A stretch of DNA of 63,530 bases, filler included, from Sphaeroforma arctica JP610 (taxonomy: Eukaryota): NCBI RefSeq assembly GCF_001186125.1. It is 6 parts of 2 records of this genome, joined end to end, with 100 filler letters (N's around TTAATTAATTAA, not from the genome) between each part and the next. Parts side by side here need not be neighbours in the genome. Positions count along the whole stretch, not along the records: positions 1 to 26,173 come from NW_014040550.1; 5 more parts are not named here. One strand, 5' to 3'. A model generated the notes under the pieces. That model was not told the origin of the DNA, did not search any database, and saw only the letters and a program-made list of their open reading frames with translations. The position numbers and the translations under genes are program-made. Of the stretch, positions 1 through 11,102 are shown piece after piece; position 1 is the first letter of the stretch, and every line of letters starts with the position of its first letter.

Positions 1-487
1 GTGTGTCTGTGTGTCTGTGTGTGTGTGTATGTGTGTGTGTATGTATGTGTGTGTGTGTGTGTGTGTGTGTAATAACATGACACATCCACACATACGATGG
101 CCTTGTGTACGTACCTGGCTTTCCTTTTTTTCTCCTCTTCGTGGGTTTTGGGTTGATGGTCGGTGTGCAGGGTCGTGCAGTGATGGGTGCACTCGAGTGG
201 GAATCTCTTGACGAGTGCGCAACACCGGATACAATATCTTCTGTTACTTTCATGTTAGCGATAAGCTATCAACCTTTGTATTTGACTAAATCAGATACCG
301 TCCAATAAATAAATATATTCCGAGAATGCTTATTATATCATAGCAGAGGCTGACCCACACGGTCTCCATTGTTCATAAACAGACTTTAAATAGTTATCTC
401 TTAAATCATCAGCGACACTTCTGAAGTTATGAACACGAGCCAATTTCAACTTTTTATAAAACCCGCCAAAATATATTTGGAATAGTA

Positions 488-757
488 TGTTGTAATACCA
501 GGGCGGACTGAACCAGCCCTCCTGTCCGGGTGCAGGTGCACACCTCAAGTCCGGAAGTCGACGGGTGGTCCACAAGGGTGAATCATCTGATAATAGTCGA
601 TGAACCTATTAGATGAATCATCGTAGCTGTAGTATCGGCATACAATACTTCTCCGTTGAAGTATCGTCTGCAGAAAGTAACTTAATAAACCTTAGTTGAT
701 TAAGAAGTATTGTTTCAGCCAGCTAATACCGGCCAGCTAGTACGATAAAGTTAAACA
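488..757 (+). repeat. Putative 5' LTR of copy 1
   Basis: Starts TGTT(G) and ends AACA. 491-685 aligns with 9672-9874 (roughly 85-90% by eye), and 500-800 aligns more loosely with 9964-10280. The right end is tentative. Confidence 0.6.
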
Positions 758-1913
758 GGCTTTAGATTCAAGCATATACTAAATGGATTTATTATCCTAA
801 CAAACACCCGAAATTTTTGAGATTTCGACTGCGATTACAATCTCCACATCGACGAGTACAGTGGGGACCACCCTGGGTCTACGAAGGCCAGAAGCACTGG
901 ATGCTACTGCCGTGGTTGGACCGTTGGCAGGGTTTTACCCGCTCACCGGCGTATCGGAAGATCGAGCCGAAGGACCATGAGAGCGTACCCCACACCCAAC
1001 TCGACCCCGGGTTTCTCGTCCCAGGTCAACTTACTGCTCACGTACTTAGAGGAACGTTTGGTCCTCGACGTTCAAATGAACATGAATGCTGATATGACAT
1101 TAGTGGAGATAATCCGTTACCTGGTGGCCAACTATGTGATGGCCCCTCAGTTTATCTGTTGACCCGTTACTTCTCCCTTGATTTGATTGCCTACGGACTC
1201 AGTATACATGCTGAAGGCTAAGCAGCATGCCTTGTTGAGCTGTCAAGAGTGTCATCTATCGGCTGGACCAGGGCCTCCGTGTGGTCAAAACCAAGTAACA
1301 CCTATTAATAAAGAGTGTTAAGTCTGAAATAAGTGAACACAGTCAGAAGTGCCATTGCGAATGGCGCGCCTGCTATATTTATTAATCACGAAATAGCAAC
1401 TATTGTATAGTTTATTTGTTATACATTGGATCCTCGAATCTATGTTGTAATAACGCATAGTCCATAAATCTACCCAATTAAATGTGTTAACTATTGATTG
1501 TGATCGCAAGCGATTAAATGCGATCTCATCATTGCAATTAATCGTGCTTGCGAATGTCTTGGTGTGTAGTATGCGGAAGCCATGTAGTTGTTACGCACAT
1601 GACCTCCCCTATTATGTGTGAAAATATGAATGCTGTAGCATGCTTCGTTCCTGAGATATACGTGTTTGTATATATGTTATATGTTGGTTATTACATATTT
1701 ATGTATGTTAACGTTTATATTTTATCGTTGAACTTATATTCTAAAACGAAAACGTATTTTTGAAACGTTTATTTTATTATTTTTAAAAATTCGTGAAAAA
1801 TAAGCCCATTAATAGGCCTCGTTTTATGATATGACTAAAAGCATAAAACGCATGTGACTAAAGTAAAACGTCTATGAAAAATAGCAAAACTGACCACTTC
1901 TTCCCATCAATCT

Positions 1914-2012
1914 TTCCTGAACCACTACAGCGACTATGAGAGCCATACCATATGTTCATACATTGTATCATACATACTTGCCATTTTTGAAATAAATAAT
2001 ATTATCCCTATT
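1914..2012 (+). repeat. 99-bp dispersed direct repeat, copy A
   Basis: 3 mismatches versus 9424-9522. Confidence 0.95.
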
Positions 2013-2371
2013 CGCGTGTTTGCCGCCGAAGGTGCGGATGTCTATCAGTATACTGGGTAACTATTCTAATGTAGGTATACTGTCTTCCTTTCCCTTTTAT
2101 TACAGGTTCGATGAAGCATATAGTTGCCCATGTTATCAAACATCGGCTTGATAAAGCATATAAATGCCCGTGTTAGCAGTCATTGATGGGTATAGGTGGC
2201 CTTTACATGCCGTATCTAAGTAACGCGCCCTTATAAATTAGACGATTATCTTCACGTGTTTAAATAAAGTTGTAAAGTCTTTATGGGTTATTGATTGTGT
2301 GAGAGTGTGATGTGGTGTCCTCATGAGCATACTCGAGAAGGGCACGCTTTTTGTGACTCCGTCACAGTGCC

Positions 2372-2560
2372 TTACATGTTCCGCCTGCCACACCAATAGA
2401 GTTACGCATTTTCCGTCTGCTATGTAATAATGTCTCGACCGTACCGCCGTCAGCGTAACAATGTTGCACATGTTCCGCCTGCTGCGTAATAATGTTGTAC
2501 ACATTCCGTCTTCTACGTAATAATACTACCCATGGTCTCGTTTGGTACGTAATGATGTTA
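2372..2560. repeat. Degenerate ~31-bp minisatellite, ~6 units
   Basis: Units like TTGCACATGTTCCGCCTGCTGCGTAATAATG. Confidence 0.8.
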
Positions 2561-2610
2561 TCCAACTCAACACCACTCACAGCGACTATGCAACACACTT
2601 GAGGTTGCGG

Positions 2611-2903
2611 ATTCCTACCGATTTTCAAGTTTTCGCGCAAAATTCAATGCGGCGTGTCCTCAGGTTTGCTCACCTCTGAGTGAGAGTCAACAGGGTGCTC
2701 GCCTGTACTCTCAGCATCTAAATAAACATACGTTCTATTCTATCGACTGTGATAAGTGCCATACAGCACGCTAGTGAGGCTGCGATTGCTCACCAATTTC
2801 AAAGTGCCTACGCAAAGTTCCATGCGCCGTGCCCTCATGGTTGCTCGCCACTGAGTTAGAGTCAACAGTGTGCTCGCTTTTACTCTAAGCATATAGATAT
2901 ACT
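2611..2903. repeat. Diverged direct duplication, period ~175 bp
   Basis: 2611-2730 matches 2786-2903 (…CTGAGT.AGAGTCAACAG.GTGCTCGC…). Confidence 0.85.
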
Positions 2904-3649
2904 TGCCACCCACAACCAGCACTCGTGTAACTGTAATCTTTGGTCTATCAAGGCGATATTAACGCCTTAGAGTAATTAAACGCTTAGATTAAGTCTAAGT
3001 ATAGTTAAATTCGAAATAAATAAACGAAATGAGTCTTTTAGTAAAGTTATGAATTTAAAGACAATATATGGAGAGTGGATATAAGGTACGTTGTCCACAT
3101 CCGCCCTAGTAACGCGCAGGTAGCCCCGAGACTGGCCCCACGATTGAATATGCTCCAGGCGGCACATAAAGGGATACCGCTGCCGTTGCCTGAGACAGCA
3201 GCCCAGCCGCCCCCAAGGATACCGGAGCGTCCTTCGTCGAGTCCCCGACCCAGGGATTTAAGCCCTTTTCGAGCAAACAACCGTATGCAACCGCGTGGTA
3301 AGGGTGATTTGCGTGGAACCCTTACAAGAGCCTCCTAACATGAGTTCACGAATGCTAAAACCCTAAACTCTAAAATCCTAAGCCTGGGGACAATACGCGC
3401 GATAGTTCATCTCGCAGCCCTTCTCCGGGCCGAGCGGCATGCCCGCGTTGTAATCTTCGACATTGGGGAGACCAGTGTCCGGAATGTGATATCTGTAACC
3501 AGACGGGCATTTTCGATATCAGTGCCCGCAGAACCCACGCAATCTCAGCAATACGTTCAGCGATGGCTCTACCATAACGGTCGCGGCAACGGTTTCACGT
3601 TGACTGGAGGAGGACGAGTGGACCAGTCCTGGTACCCAGGCCAGCTATG

Positions 3650-3960
3650 TGAGGACCTACCAGTCAGTATATACAACAACACCGGTGCTCGTCCAGCTAT
3701 GTTGAGCCGGGGTTTTGCGGCTGCACATCAGTTTGAGATCACAACGATGGAGCAATTGTACCACACAGGGTATGGTGGCAATGGTACAATGGCCCTCATT
3801 TTCTACAAGGAGGCCAAAATTCTGTTGGAAGTGTTGGACATTGAAGGCAGGGCGACCCATCATGAGACATCCTCTATCTGCCTCGTGATTGCCCCATGTG
3901 GTATCCTCCTTGGGCTGGACACCATGCGCCACGAACATCTGGTCACCATGTGGGACGAGT
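3650..3960 (+). pseudogene. Retropepsin-like aspartic protease remnant
   Basis: LPVSIYNNTGARPAMLSRGF...GILLGLDTM. Copy 1 has AAC-ACC-GGT (3678) and copy 2 has GGC-ACC-GGT (12557); each is one substitution from GAC-ACC-GGT, the catalytic DTG. Confidence 0.75.
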
Positions 3961-4239
3961 CGATGTTGCCGCCTACCTTTTGCCTGCAGCTCCCCAAGTT
4001 GTTACAATCAGGTTCATTTCCTGGTATCATACCGCCCCCCGGAAATCCTCTACAATCTATGAATTACCAGCTGCAGCCCATATATAGTTGAGCAGGACGC
4101 TCCGTTTGTGGACTACGATTTCACGGGCCTCGAATATTTAGGGCGTATAACGAACCAACTAGCCGAGTAAGTCCAACGTCTGAAGGACAAGTTCTACATG
4201 GTACGGATGGACCCGAAACATCCGCTGTTTATTCCGGAT

Positions 4240-5215
4240 GTCATGGTGAAGGTAATGCCTCTACCAGACGCAGCTTTCTGTCCGGCAATTTTATGACACG
4301 AGGGACCCTTTTAAAAGTGATGTGATCACCCGGAAAGTGGAGGCTATGTACCAGGTGAGCCATGTGGACGAAGGGGATCCAATGAGTTTGTGGGTCGCTC
4401 CGTGTGTCCTAGCTCGGAAGAACGCCCGCACGGTGCCTACATAGGACATACATTTCCGTCTCACGGTCGACTACTCGATGCACAACCCACACATGCATAT
4501 TCAGCCGGTCACATTGACGACGGAGGACGATGTGCTCTTCGCGAGGTGCGCTCATTCTCACGTGCATTGATTTGGCGGCCTCCTACCATCAACTAATGAT
4601 AGTGCCTGAATGCCGGTATACCCCACGTTTTATACGCCGGAGAGCCGTTTCCACCATTCGGTGTGCTTACTGTGGGGTTTCCAAAATGGCTGCTTTGATA
4701 TGCAGCATTATATGCTGCACACCTTTCGGCAGGTCAAGGCTCTATTTGCCTACTTGGAAAATCTGACAATAGCGGCCAGGCAAATATTGGAGCGTACGTA
4801 TATTGTCGATAGGCCAGCACTGGTCCGACCATCATCAGACGCGCGACATTATGATCGACAGGAACATTCAGCTCCAGCTGTTAAAGAGTCAGATAGCTCG
4901 CTTGACGCAGGAGATTGCTCAACTTTTTGGACGCGACATATTGGACCAAGGGTCCATGATAGACCACGACCGGTTGAAGGATTTCTTAGAGCACCAGTAC
5001 CAAAGAATATGAAGGAACTAGTGTCCCTCCTGACAATGATGTCCTGGTGGTCAGATATGGTGCCCCACTATGCACGCACAATGGAATCCCTTACCCGCTT
5101 GACCAAGAAGAGTGCGGTATTTGAGTGAAGGACCGAACAACAGTTAGCGTGAGAGGAAGCCCTATATTTCTTCTCAATGTGGATTAAGCTTCACCAGCCA
5201 CTTCCGCACCAGCGG
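4240..5215 (+). pseudogene. Ty3/Gypsy-type reverse transcriptase plus connection subdomain
   Basis: IDLAASYHQL, LLWGFQNG, FAYLENLTI (decayed YLDD at 4751), QLFGRDILDQG, PVPKNMKELVSLL..WWSDMVPHYARTMESLTRLTKKSAVFE*..QQLA*EEAL. Confidence 0.85.
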
Positions 5216-5910
5216 TGTATGCCCTCTTTGTTCAAATGGACGGGGGTATCCCGCGTTATGTCGTCGAAGAGATCAACTGTGCATCGCTCTCACAACTGGC
5301 TTTGAAAGCAGCGATGACCCGCACCTTCGACCAACCGGATCTGATCATAGAACTGGAGGCCCTGGCCTTACAGTTCTCCACAGAGGCCATCCGACCGAAG
5401 GACGCCGACGAGGAAGGTTCGGGGGACCCAGCCTCACGCTTTATGGCACTCCACCACACGGGCATCCAGCCAACGGGCAGCGCGAACATCGATTATGTCA
5501 TTGCCATCGGGCGCAAGAATGGCATCCAAGGTTTCGCGGTTGTACTAAATGAAATCATTGATGTCGGCATTACTATTGCCGGCCACTCAAATCTTTTTCC
5601 TGTAATTATCGCGGCCAGTACTTTGAACTCGGCACAGCGCAACTATAGCGCCACGGGCCGTGGAATGATCGGATGCAAATTTGCGGCAAAGAAGGCCCTA
5701 AGCATCCTACCGCGGTCGTATCGTCCAGTGATTATGTACACCGATCACAAACCTTTGTTGGATATCATATAGAACCCTGGTAAGTATACCAAGGATGATA
5801 CCATGGAGAGTCGCCGAATCTTGAGGTCCATCCAGGTTATGCATGAAGTTGAAATTGATTATCAATACGTTCTGGGGCCGCTGAATTTCTTTGGTGACTA
5901 CATGTCGCGC
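5215..5910 (+). pseudogene. Gypsy-type RNase H with a ~120-aa internal insertion
   Basis: ASTLNSAQRNYSATGRGM...VIMYTDHKPL...EIDYQYVLGPLNFFGDYMSR matches the Ty3/Gypsy RNase H consensus (RNYS..EKE, YTDH.PL, G..N..AD.LSR). Confidence 0.85.
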
Positions 5911-6033
5911 TGTTGCGACCATATGCACCCACTTATGTTGCCCGCAGAACGGCGGGTAGCATGGACGGACGTTCTCGAGTTGCCGGAGCCCCAAGTCATG
6001 GCGACGCTCATCACAGCCGTGCTTGACCGTACC

Positions 6034-6330
6034 AACTGGCAACTCAACCGGTTGTGGTACAGGAGGTCTATTGAGGTCTTCGGCGAGGAATACGTTATTG
6101 AGCTCTTCGCCACCGACACATCTATTACAGCAATAAGCCAGAAGGTGGCACATATGGGTGCAATTTCTTCGACGTTGACTTCAACGACAAACACTGCTAT
6201 GACGATTCCCGTTTTGAAATACTGGATGATGTTTTACACCATATCACGACCTTTCGCAATGCCTCTGTGGTTTTGTGTGTCCCGTTCTGGGATACGGCCC
6301 CATGGCCTCCTCCCCTGTTTGGGATGCTAG
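6034..6330 (+). pseudogene. DIRS-type DNA N6-adenine methyltransferase (Dam-like) domain remnant, copy 1
   Basis: NWQLNRLWYRRSIEVFGEEYVIELFA, frameshift near 6120, then YYSNKPEGGTYGCNFFDVDFNDKHCYDDSRFEILDDVLHHI...VLCVPFWDTAPW. Matches the DIRS MT pattern W.L...G...IDLFA...Y.S...D.F...Y.NPPF..I..VL...L.VP.W...W. Confidence 0.7.
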
Positions 6331-8039
6331 AACGTGCGGTGGGCTTACCACCTTGTAAGGTCACGCTCCTGGCACACGTCAAGAGCTGCGGAGGTGTTAA
6401 CTATCCGGTGCCCCGCTCTTTTTGACACCAACTGGGCCGTACTCGGGCCCAGGCGTCTCTCTGGCATGTGGGCCACCAATATCGATCTGTCTCGTATTTT
6501 TCGGTGACCACACGCGCTAGACAAACAGCCGACGCACAGGTGGACAATGTTAGCCCAGTGCAACTTGAGTTGTGGTGGGGCTGGCGGACGCCACACAGGC
6601 GGAGACCAGTGAGTTGCCCGCTGCAACGAGCGACGAGACAGTCACAATCGTCGCTACAATAGCCATACCCGTTGACGCGACCATCGAGCCAACCGAGCCA
6701 CATCTGGTGTTAGAGTACAATGTAGTAGACTTTAAATAAAGTACAAATGTATGTATTTATTTCTGTCCTCACCTTTGGTTTTATACCTAAGGTGTTTGTG
6801 CTAGTGTTTAGCCGCTTGGGCTGGCCAGGGTAAAACCTCATATGGTCAGTATGACAAACCTTATGCGGAACACTTTAACACTTCGATGCTTTTCTATTTC
6901 AACTTCTCTGCAACTAAATCTCACGTTGATCACATGATGCCTTTCCGCATAGGTTGCGACTCACATAGAACCACAGCTATTATTAATATGTTGTGGTTGA
7001 CAGGCTTAATCCACTCTCGGGATTCGGCTGAGAAACTAAATCTGCTATCGGAAGTCGGTTAAGTAATAGCTCAACTCTTGAGAGTAATTTGAGCAACTTG
7101 ATTCACTCTCGGGAGTGAGCTATCTCTGATGACTTAGCTCTCGGGAGTGAGCTAATTCGGATGACTTCCATAAATCAAAGATGGTTTCTTGCTGTAAAAT
7201 CTGGCCTGAGACCTGTAGTCTCTCATCTGGCAACACCTGAACAGGTGGGTGAGGCAAAACCTCTCCCCTTGCAACAGGAAGCTGTACCTATTATCGGAGA
7301 TAATGATACCCCACGGGCCCCGGTTCTAATACTCGGCATGGACGCAAGTCAAGAAAGTGGCCTGGCATCGGAAATGTGGACCTTGGATGAAGTCTCCTTT
7401 ATGAACGCAGAACAACACCCAGCCCTTGACATGCAGGAGCTCTTATCCGGTATGGACATCTTACCGTTGGCCAAACCTGCTTCTCCGGACAATCCTTCTT
7501 CCGCTCGAAGGTGACCGTTTTCCCTTTATCTCACACGTATGCAACAACCCGGGCTGGATAAAACGCCAATTAAGGACACCACCGGACTGGACCCTCCGGC
7601 CTCCCATACATATCTGGACCCTGAGCGATACACTTTGGATTTCTATGATGAAATCTTGACGTACGAGTCTGAATTGTTACGCACCGTGGAGGACCTGGCT
7701 CCTTTCTCAGCCTCGTTGGAATTCCAGGAGATACATTGGGTACTGGCGATTTGATGTACCAGGCTGGCCTTGATGAGGACCCAATTGGTACGACTTCAGA
7801 CACTAACAATGTCCTTTTCGACAAAACGGACGACACCGCGCAACCACCCGTTGACTACTTGGTCTCACACCACCCATCAACCGACACACCAATACCGCGA
7901 CGCCGTACCAAGACTCCGGTACCGATGCCACACATCCTCCACGCCTGCCCAATGGACCTTCCACATGTCCACGCAGCCCTTGCAGCTTTAGAACTGGTCT
8001 CCATTCATGGGGTGGTCTCGTCGCCACGAAGCTTGGAGG

Positions 8040-8965
8040 CTATTTGGACGTTACACGACTGATTCGGCCACCATTTAGCTGATCGGATGCGCCCACTACT
8101 GCAGCAGAAATGTAATTGAAACATCCCAGTAGCGCTGCTTAGGGATATCCTTGGTACGTGTCGCGAGTGGATCCGCACGGGCCGACAGGGTGGGCGCAAG
8201 AAGGGCCTCCTCTAGCAGCCTGCTAGGCCTACGACGATCGGGGAGGAGGTAAACATAGATTATTTATCGGTGAATCCGGATCCAAAAACTCTAAACCGAG
8301 GGGCCATGTCCGGACGTATAATATGGACAAAGATAGTCCGATGTGAAGTGATGAATTTGCTAAGTATGCGTCCGACAACAACGCGCGTGTGAATTACGTT
8401 ACAACGGGCGAGTACGCTGGTAATTGGAGGATTGAGGTTTTCCTCCGAATGCTTACCTATTGGCTCAAACGCAGCTTGTCGGTTGGCCTCCATCACGCGT
8501 GGCGCCCATGAAGTGCCGGCGTTCTTCACGAATTGCAACGCGACATGGTCCGGCGTCATCGATACGGCGCCCTATACATTGTTTACGGGACGGGTGTACC
8601 CCCATTCCTCGGACCCAGAGATATCGGCGATCCTCGACGGCGATGCTGCCGCTTCTGGCTATGAAGCGACGGATACACCTCCAACTCTGGAGCGGGACCT
8701 CGTAGCCCTGGCAAAGGTCGAACGGGCTAAAGCTGCCCAGAAGAGAGCAGCGGATATTCGTCGTATTGACTGCCCGATGGCTGGTATTGGCCGCCAGGTA
8801 TTTAATATACATCTATGGCGGACCTCCTACACAATTTCGCGAAGGATTGGTTGAGGCCCGCAGTCGTATTGGCCCATGTGGCTCCAGTAATGCGGTATAT
8901 TAAGGATACGGCAAGTAATAAGGAGTACCGCGTACACGTGAAGAATATCAAAGCGTACGTACCTC
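8040..8965 (+). pseudogene. DDE integrase remnant (HHCC Zn finger, core, GPY/F-like C-terminus)
   Basis: LHD*FGH...DILGTCREW (HHCC with the last C decayed), KKGLL*QP..EEVNIDYL (first catalytic D), FAKDWLRPAVV...YRVHVKNIKAY. Confidence 0.8.
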
Positions 8966-9026
8966 CAGTCGGTAGCGACGAGATGGTGTCCAAGGGAACA
9001 GCGGCCAACTCGATTTATGCTACTTC

Positions 9027-9385
9027 TTGTTTCACGATTCTATCTACGCCCCATTGATCTCCGACGACCAACGCCAGGCGTTGAGCATTGCATTCCGCAC
9101 TTATGCGGCCGCCATCCGTTTCCAATATGGCCTTAATGGTGCCTATGTCAAGTGGGCACGACTGTGTACAAAGTATAAACGTCCACGATCCAGCGATTTT
9201 ACGGCTGAGGATGAAATGTTCTTCCGTAAACACGCGGCTGAAGTCACGAATCCAGCGAGTACCCTGAGCGCGATTAAGCGCTGTTTTTGTTTCGCCGAGG
9301 ATGCAAGCTACCGCGATGAGCTCCTGTTAACATGAGAACTCAAGCACAACTCAACAATGCTGTTGGATGCGCTTCCCACTTCATG
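9027..9385 (+). pseudogene. Extra ORF between integrase and 3' LTR; resembles a tyrosine-recombinase N-terminal (SAM-like, core-binding) domain
   Basis: AYVKWARLCTKYKRP..FTAEDEMFF...ASTLSAIKRCF resembles Y..W..(W)C....P......F......LSAI of DIRS/Crypton YR N-termini. No catalytic R-H-R-Y region is present. Confidence 0.35.
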
Positions 9386-9423
9386 AGTACGGTTCTATCC
9401 CTTTCTAATTTTTGAGACTATTA

Positions 9424-9522
9424 TTCCTGAACCACTACAGCGACTATGAGAGCCATACCATATGTTCATACATTGTATCATAAATACTTGCCAATTTTGA
9501 AATAAATAGTATTATCCCTATT
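9424..9522 (+). repeat. 99-bp dispersed direct repeat, copy B
   Basis: 3 mismatches versus 1914-2012. Confidence 0.95.
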
Positions 9523-9671
9523 ATTCCGACTTTTCTATGTCCCTGCAAAAAAAAATCGCTGACTCACAGCGGTTCGGGCACTCACGGAGTAAAATGTCCG
9601 GGCCAGCGATTCTCCGCCGCTTTTCAAATTTTGGGGTCAACATTCATCATAATCGCGAGTCTCCCCGGGGC

Positions 9672-9874
9672 TGTAGTACAAGGGTGGACAGAACCAGCCC
9701 TCCTGCCCGGGTGCAGATGCACAGCCCTGCCCTCAAGTCCAGAAGTCGACGGGTGGTTCATATGGGTGAACCATCTGATAATAGTCGATGAACCTACTAG
9801 ATGGATCATCGTAGTCATAGTATCGGCAGTACAATGCTTCTCCCTTGAAGTATCGTCTGCAGAAAGTAACTTTA
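9672..9874 (+). repeat. Putative truncated 3' LTR of copy 1
   Basis: Begins TGTAGTAC after a short G-run (weak PPT). Direct repeat of 491-685. Confidence 0.55.
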
Positions 9875-10280
9875 ATGCCATAAATAGATGGCTGTCTAAA
9901 TATACATTTTTATTTACACAAAGCGAAGGCAATGAAGTATTAATATGTAAATATAGGAATACTAGGGTGGACAGAACCGGCTCTCTGGCCGAGTGCAGGT
10001 GCATGCCCTTACCCTCCGGCCCAGAAGTCTGATCATGGCCCGCATTGGTGAACCATCCGATAACCACGCCTGGGAAACTACTTAGCTGAACGAACGTGGT
10101 TCTAGTAGTAGCAGTACGGTACTTATTCACTGCAGTATCGTCTGCATAAATAAAAACCGTTAGTTGAATAGAAGTTTTGTATCATCTGCCCTACCAGCTA
10201 ATACAATTGAGTTTGACAGGCGTGAGATTAAAATATGCACAAGGGGTATATATTTATTGAATCGATTTGAACGAACTACG

Positions 10281-11102
10281 AATAAAATGTCAACCGCGAC
10301 GAGTAGAGGCGACATATGGGGCCCACCCTGGGTCTAAGAAGGCCAGAAGCATAGCGTGTTGCTGCCGTGGATTGACCGTTGGTAAGGTTTTGCTCACCCG
10401 CCGGCCTATCGAAAAATTGAACCCAAGGGTCACACCGAGAGTGATTACCTAGCACCTAATACGACTTCAGGTTCTCTGCCCAAGTCTTTTTATTGCATAC
10501 CTATTCGGTGGAGCGCTTGGTCCTGGAGGTTTACATAAACATGAATGCGGGCGTGACAGTTGTGGATATTTTTTTGCTATCTCGTGGCCAACTATGGCCC
10601 TTCGGTGTATCGTCTAACTCGGCCCTTCTCCCCTGATTTGATCGCCTACGCTACACAGCTATTTTTATACTTTGAAAGCAAAGCATGCCTAATAAAATGT
10701 CAACCGCGACGAGTAGAGGCGACATATGGGGCCCACCCTGGGTCTAAGAAGGCCAGAAGCATAGCGTGTTGCTGCCGTGGATTGACCGTTGGTAAGGTTT
10801 TACTCACCCGCCGGCCTATCGAAAAATTGAACCCAAGGGCCACACCGAGAGTGATTACCTAGCACCCAATACGACTTCAGGTTCTCTGCCCAAGTCTATT
10901 TACTGCATACCTATTCGGTGGAGCGCTTGGTCCTGGAGGTTTACATGAACATGAATGCGGGCGTAACAGTTGTGGATATTTTTTTTTGCTATCTCGTGGC
11001 CAACTATGGCCCTTCCGTGTATTGTCTAACTCGGCCCTTCTCCCCTGATTTGATCGCCTACGCTACACAGCAATTTTTATACTTTGAAAGCAAAGCATGC
11101 CT
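10281..11102 (+). repeat. Near-identical ~410-bp tandem duplication in the gag N-terminus of copy 2
   Basis: Units 10281-10690 and 10691-11102 both start AATAAAATGTCAACCGCG and end AAGCATGCCT. Confidence 0.95.

Larger units (their letters stand above)
850..3525 (+). pseudogene. gag-like ORF remnants of copy 1 (N-part 850-1280, Pro-rich part 3075-3350, Zn knuckles 3440-3525), split by a ~1.8 kb insert
   Basis: 3440-3525 reads CPRCNLRHWGDQC (CX2CX3HX4C) then CDICNQTG/HFRYQC (CX2CX4HX4C after a 1-nt frameshift). The N-part (WGPPWVYEGQKH..LLPWLDRW) and Pro-rich part are contiguous in copy 2. Confidence 0.75.
488..9874 (+). mobile_element. Decayed Ty3/Gypsy-type LTR retrotransposon, copy 1 (gag-PR-RT-RH-Dam-like MTase-IN-extra ORF), with internal insertions
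   Basis: Domain motifs in Gypsy order, broken by stops and frameshifts. Bounded by related direct repeats starting TGTA(A/G)TAC at 491 and 9672. Collinear with a second copy at 9.95-15.9 kb. Confidence 0.85.

Noticed and set aside
2372..2560. CRISPR-like or coding repeat
   Set aside because: Contiguous 31-bp degenerate units, no spacers, not a multiple of 3
5126..8120. TGA at Trp-consensus positions in pol as an alternative genetic code
   Set aside because: TGG>TGA is a single transition, TAG/TAA stops and frameshifts also occur, and host genes use TGG for Trp and TGA as stop
1914..9522. 99-bp repeats as the element's LTRs
   Set aside because: No TG..CA ends, too similar for such decayed ORFs, and the gag N-terminus lies outside them; 488-757/9672-9874 fit better
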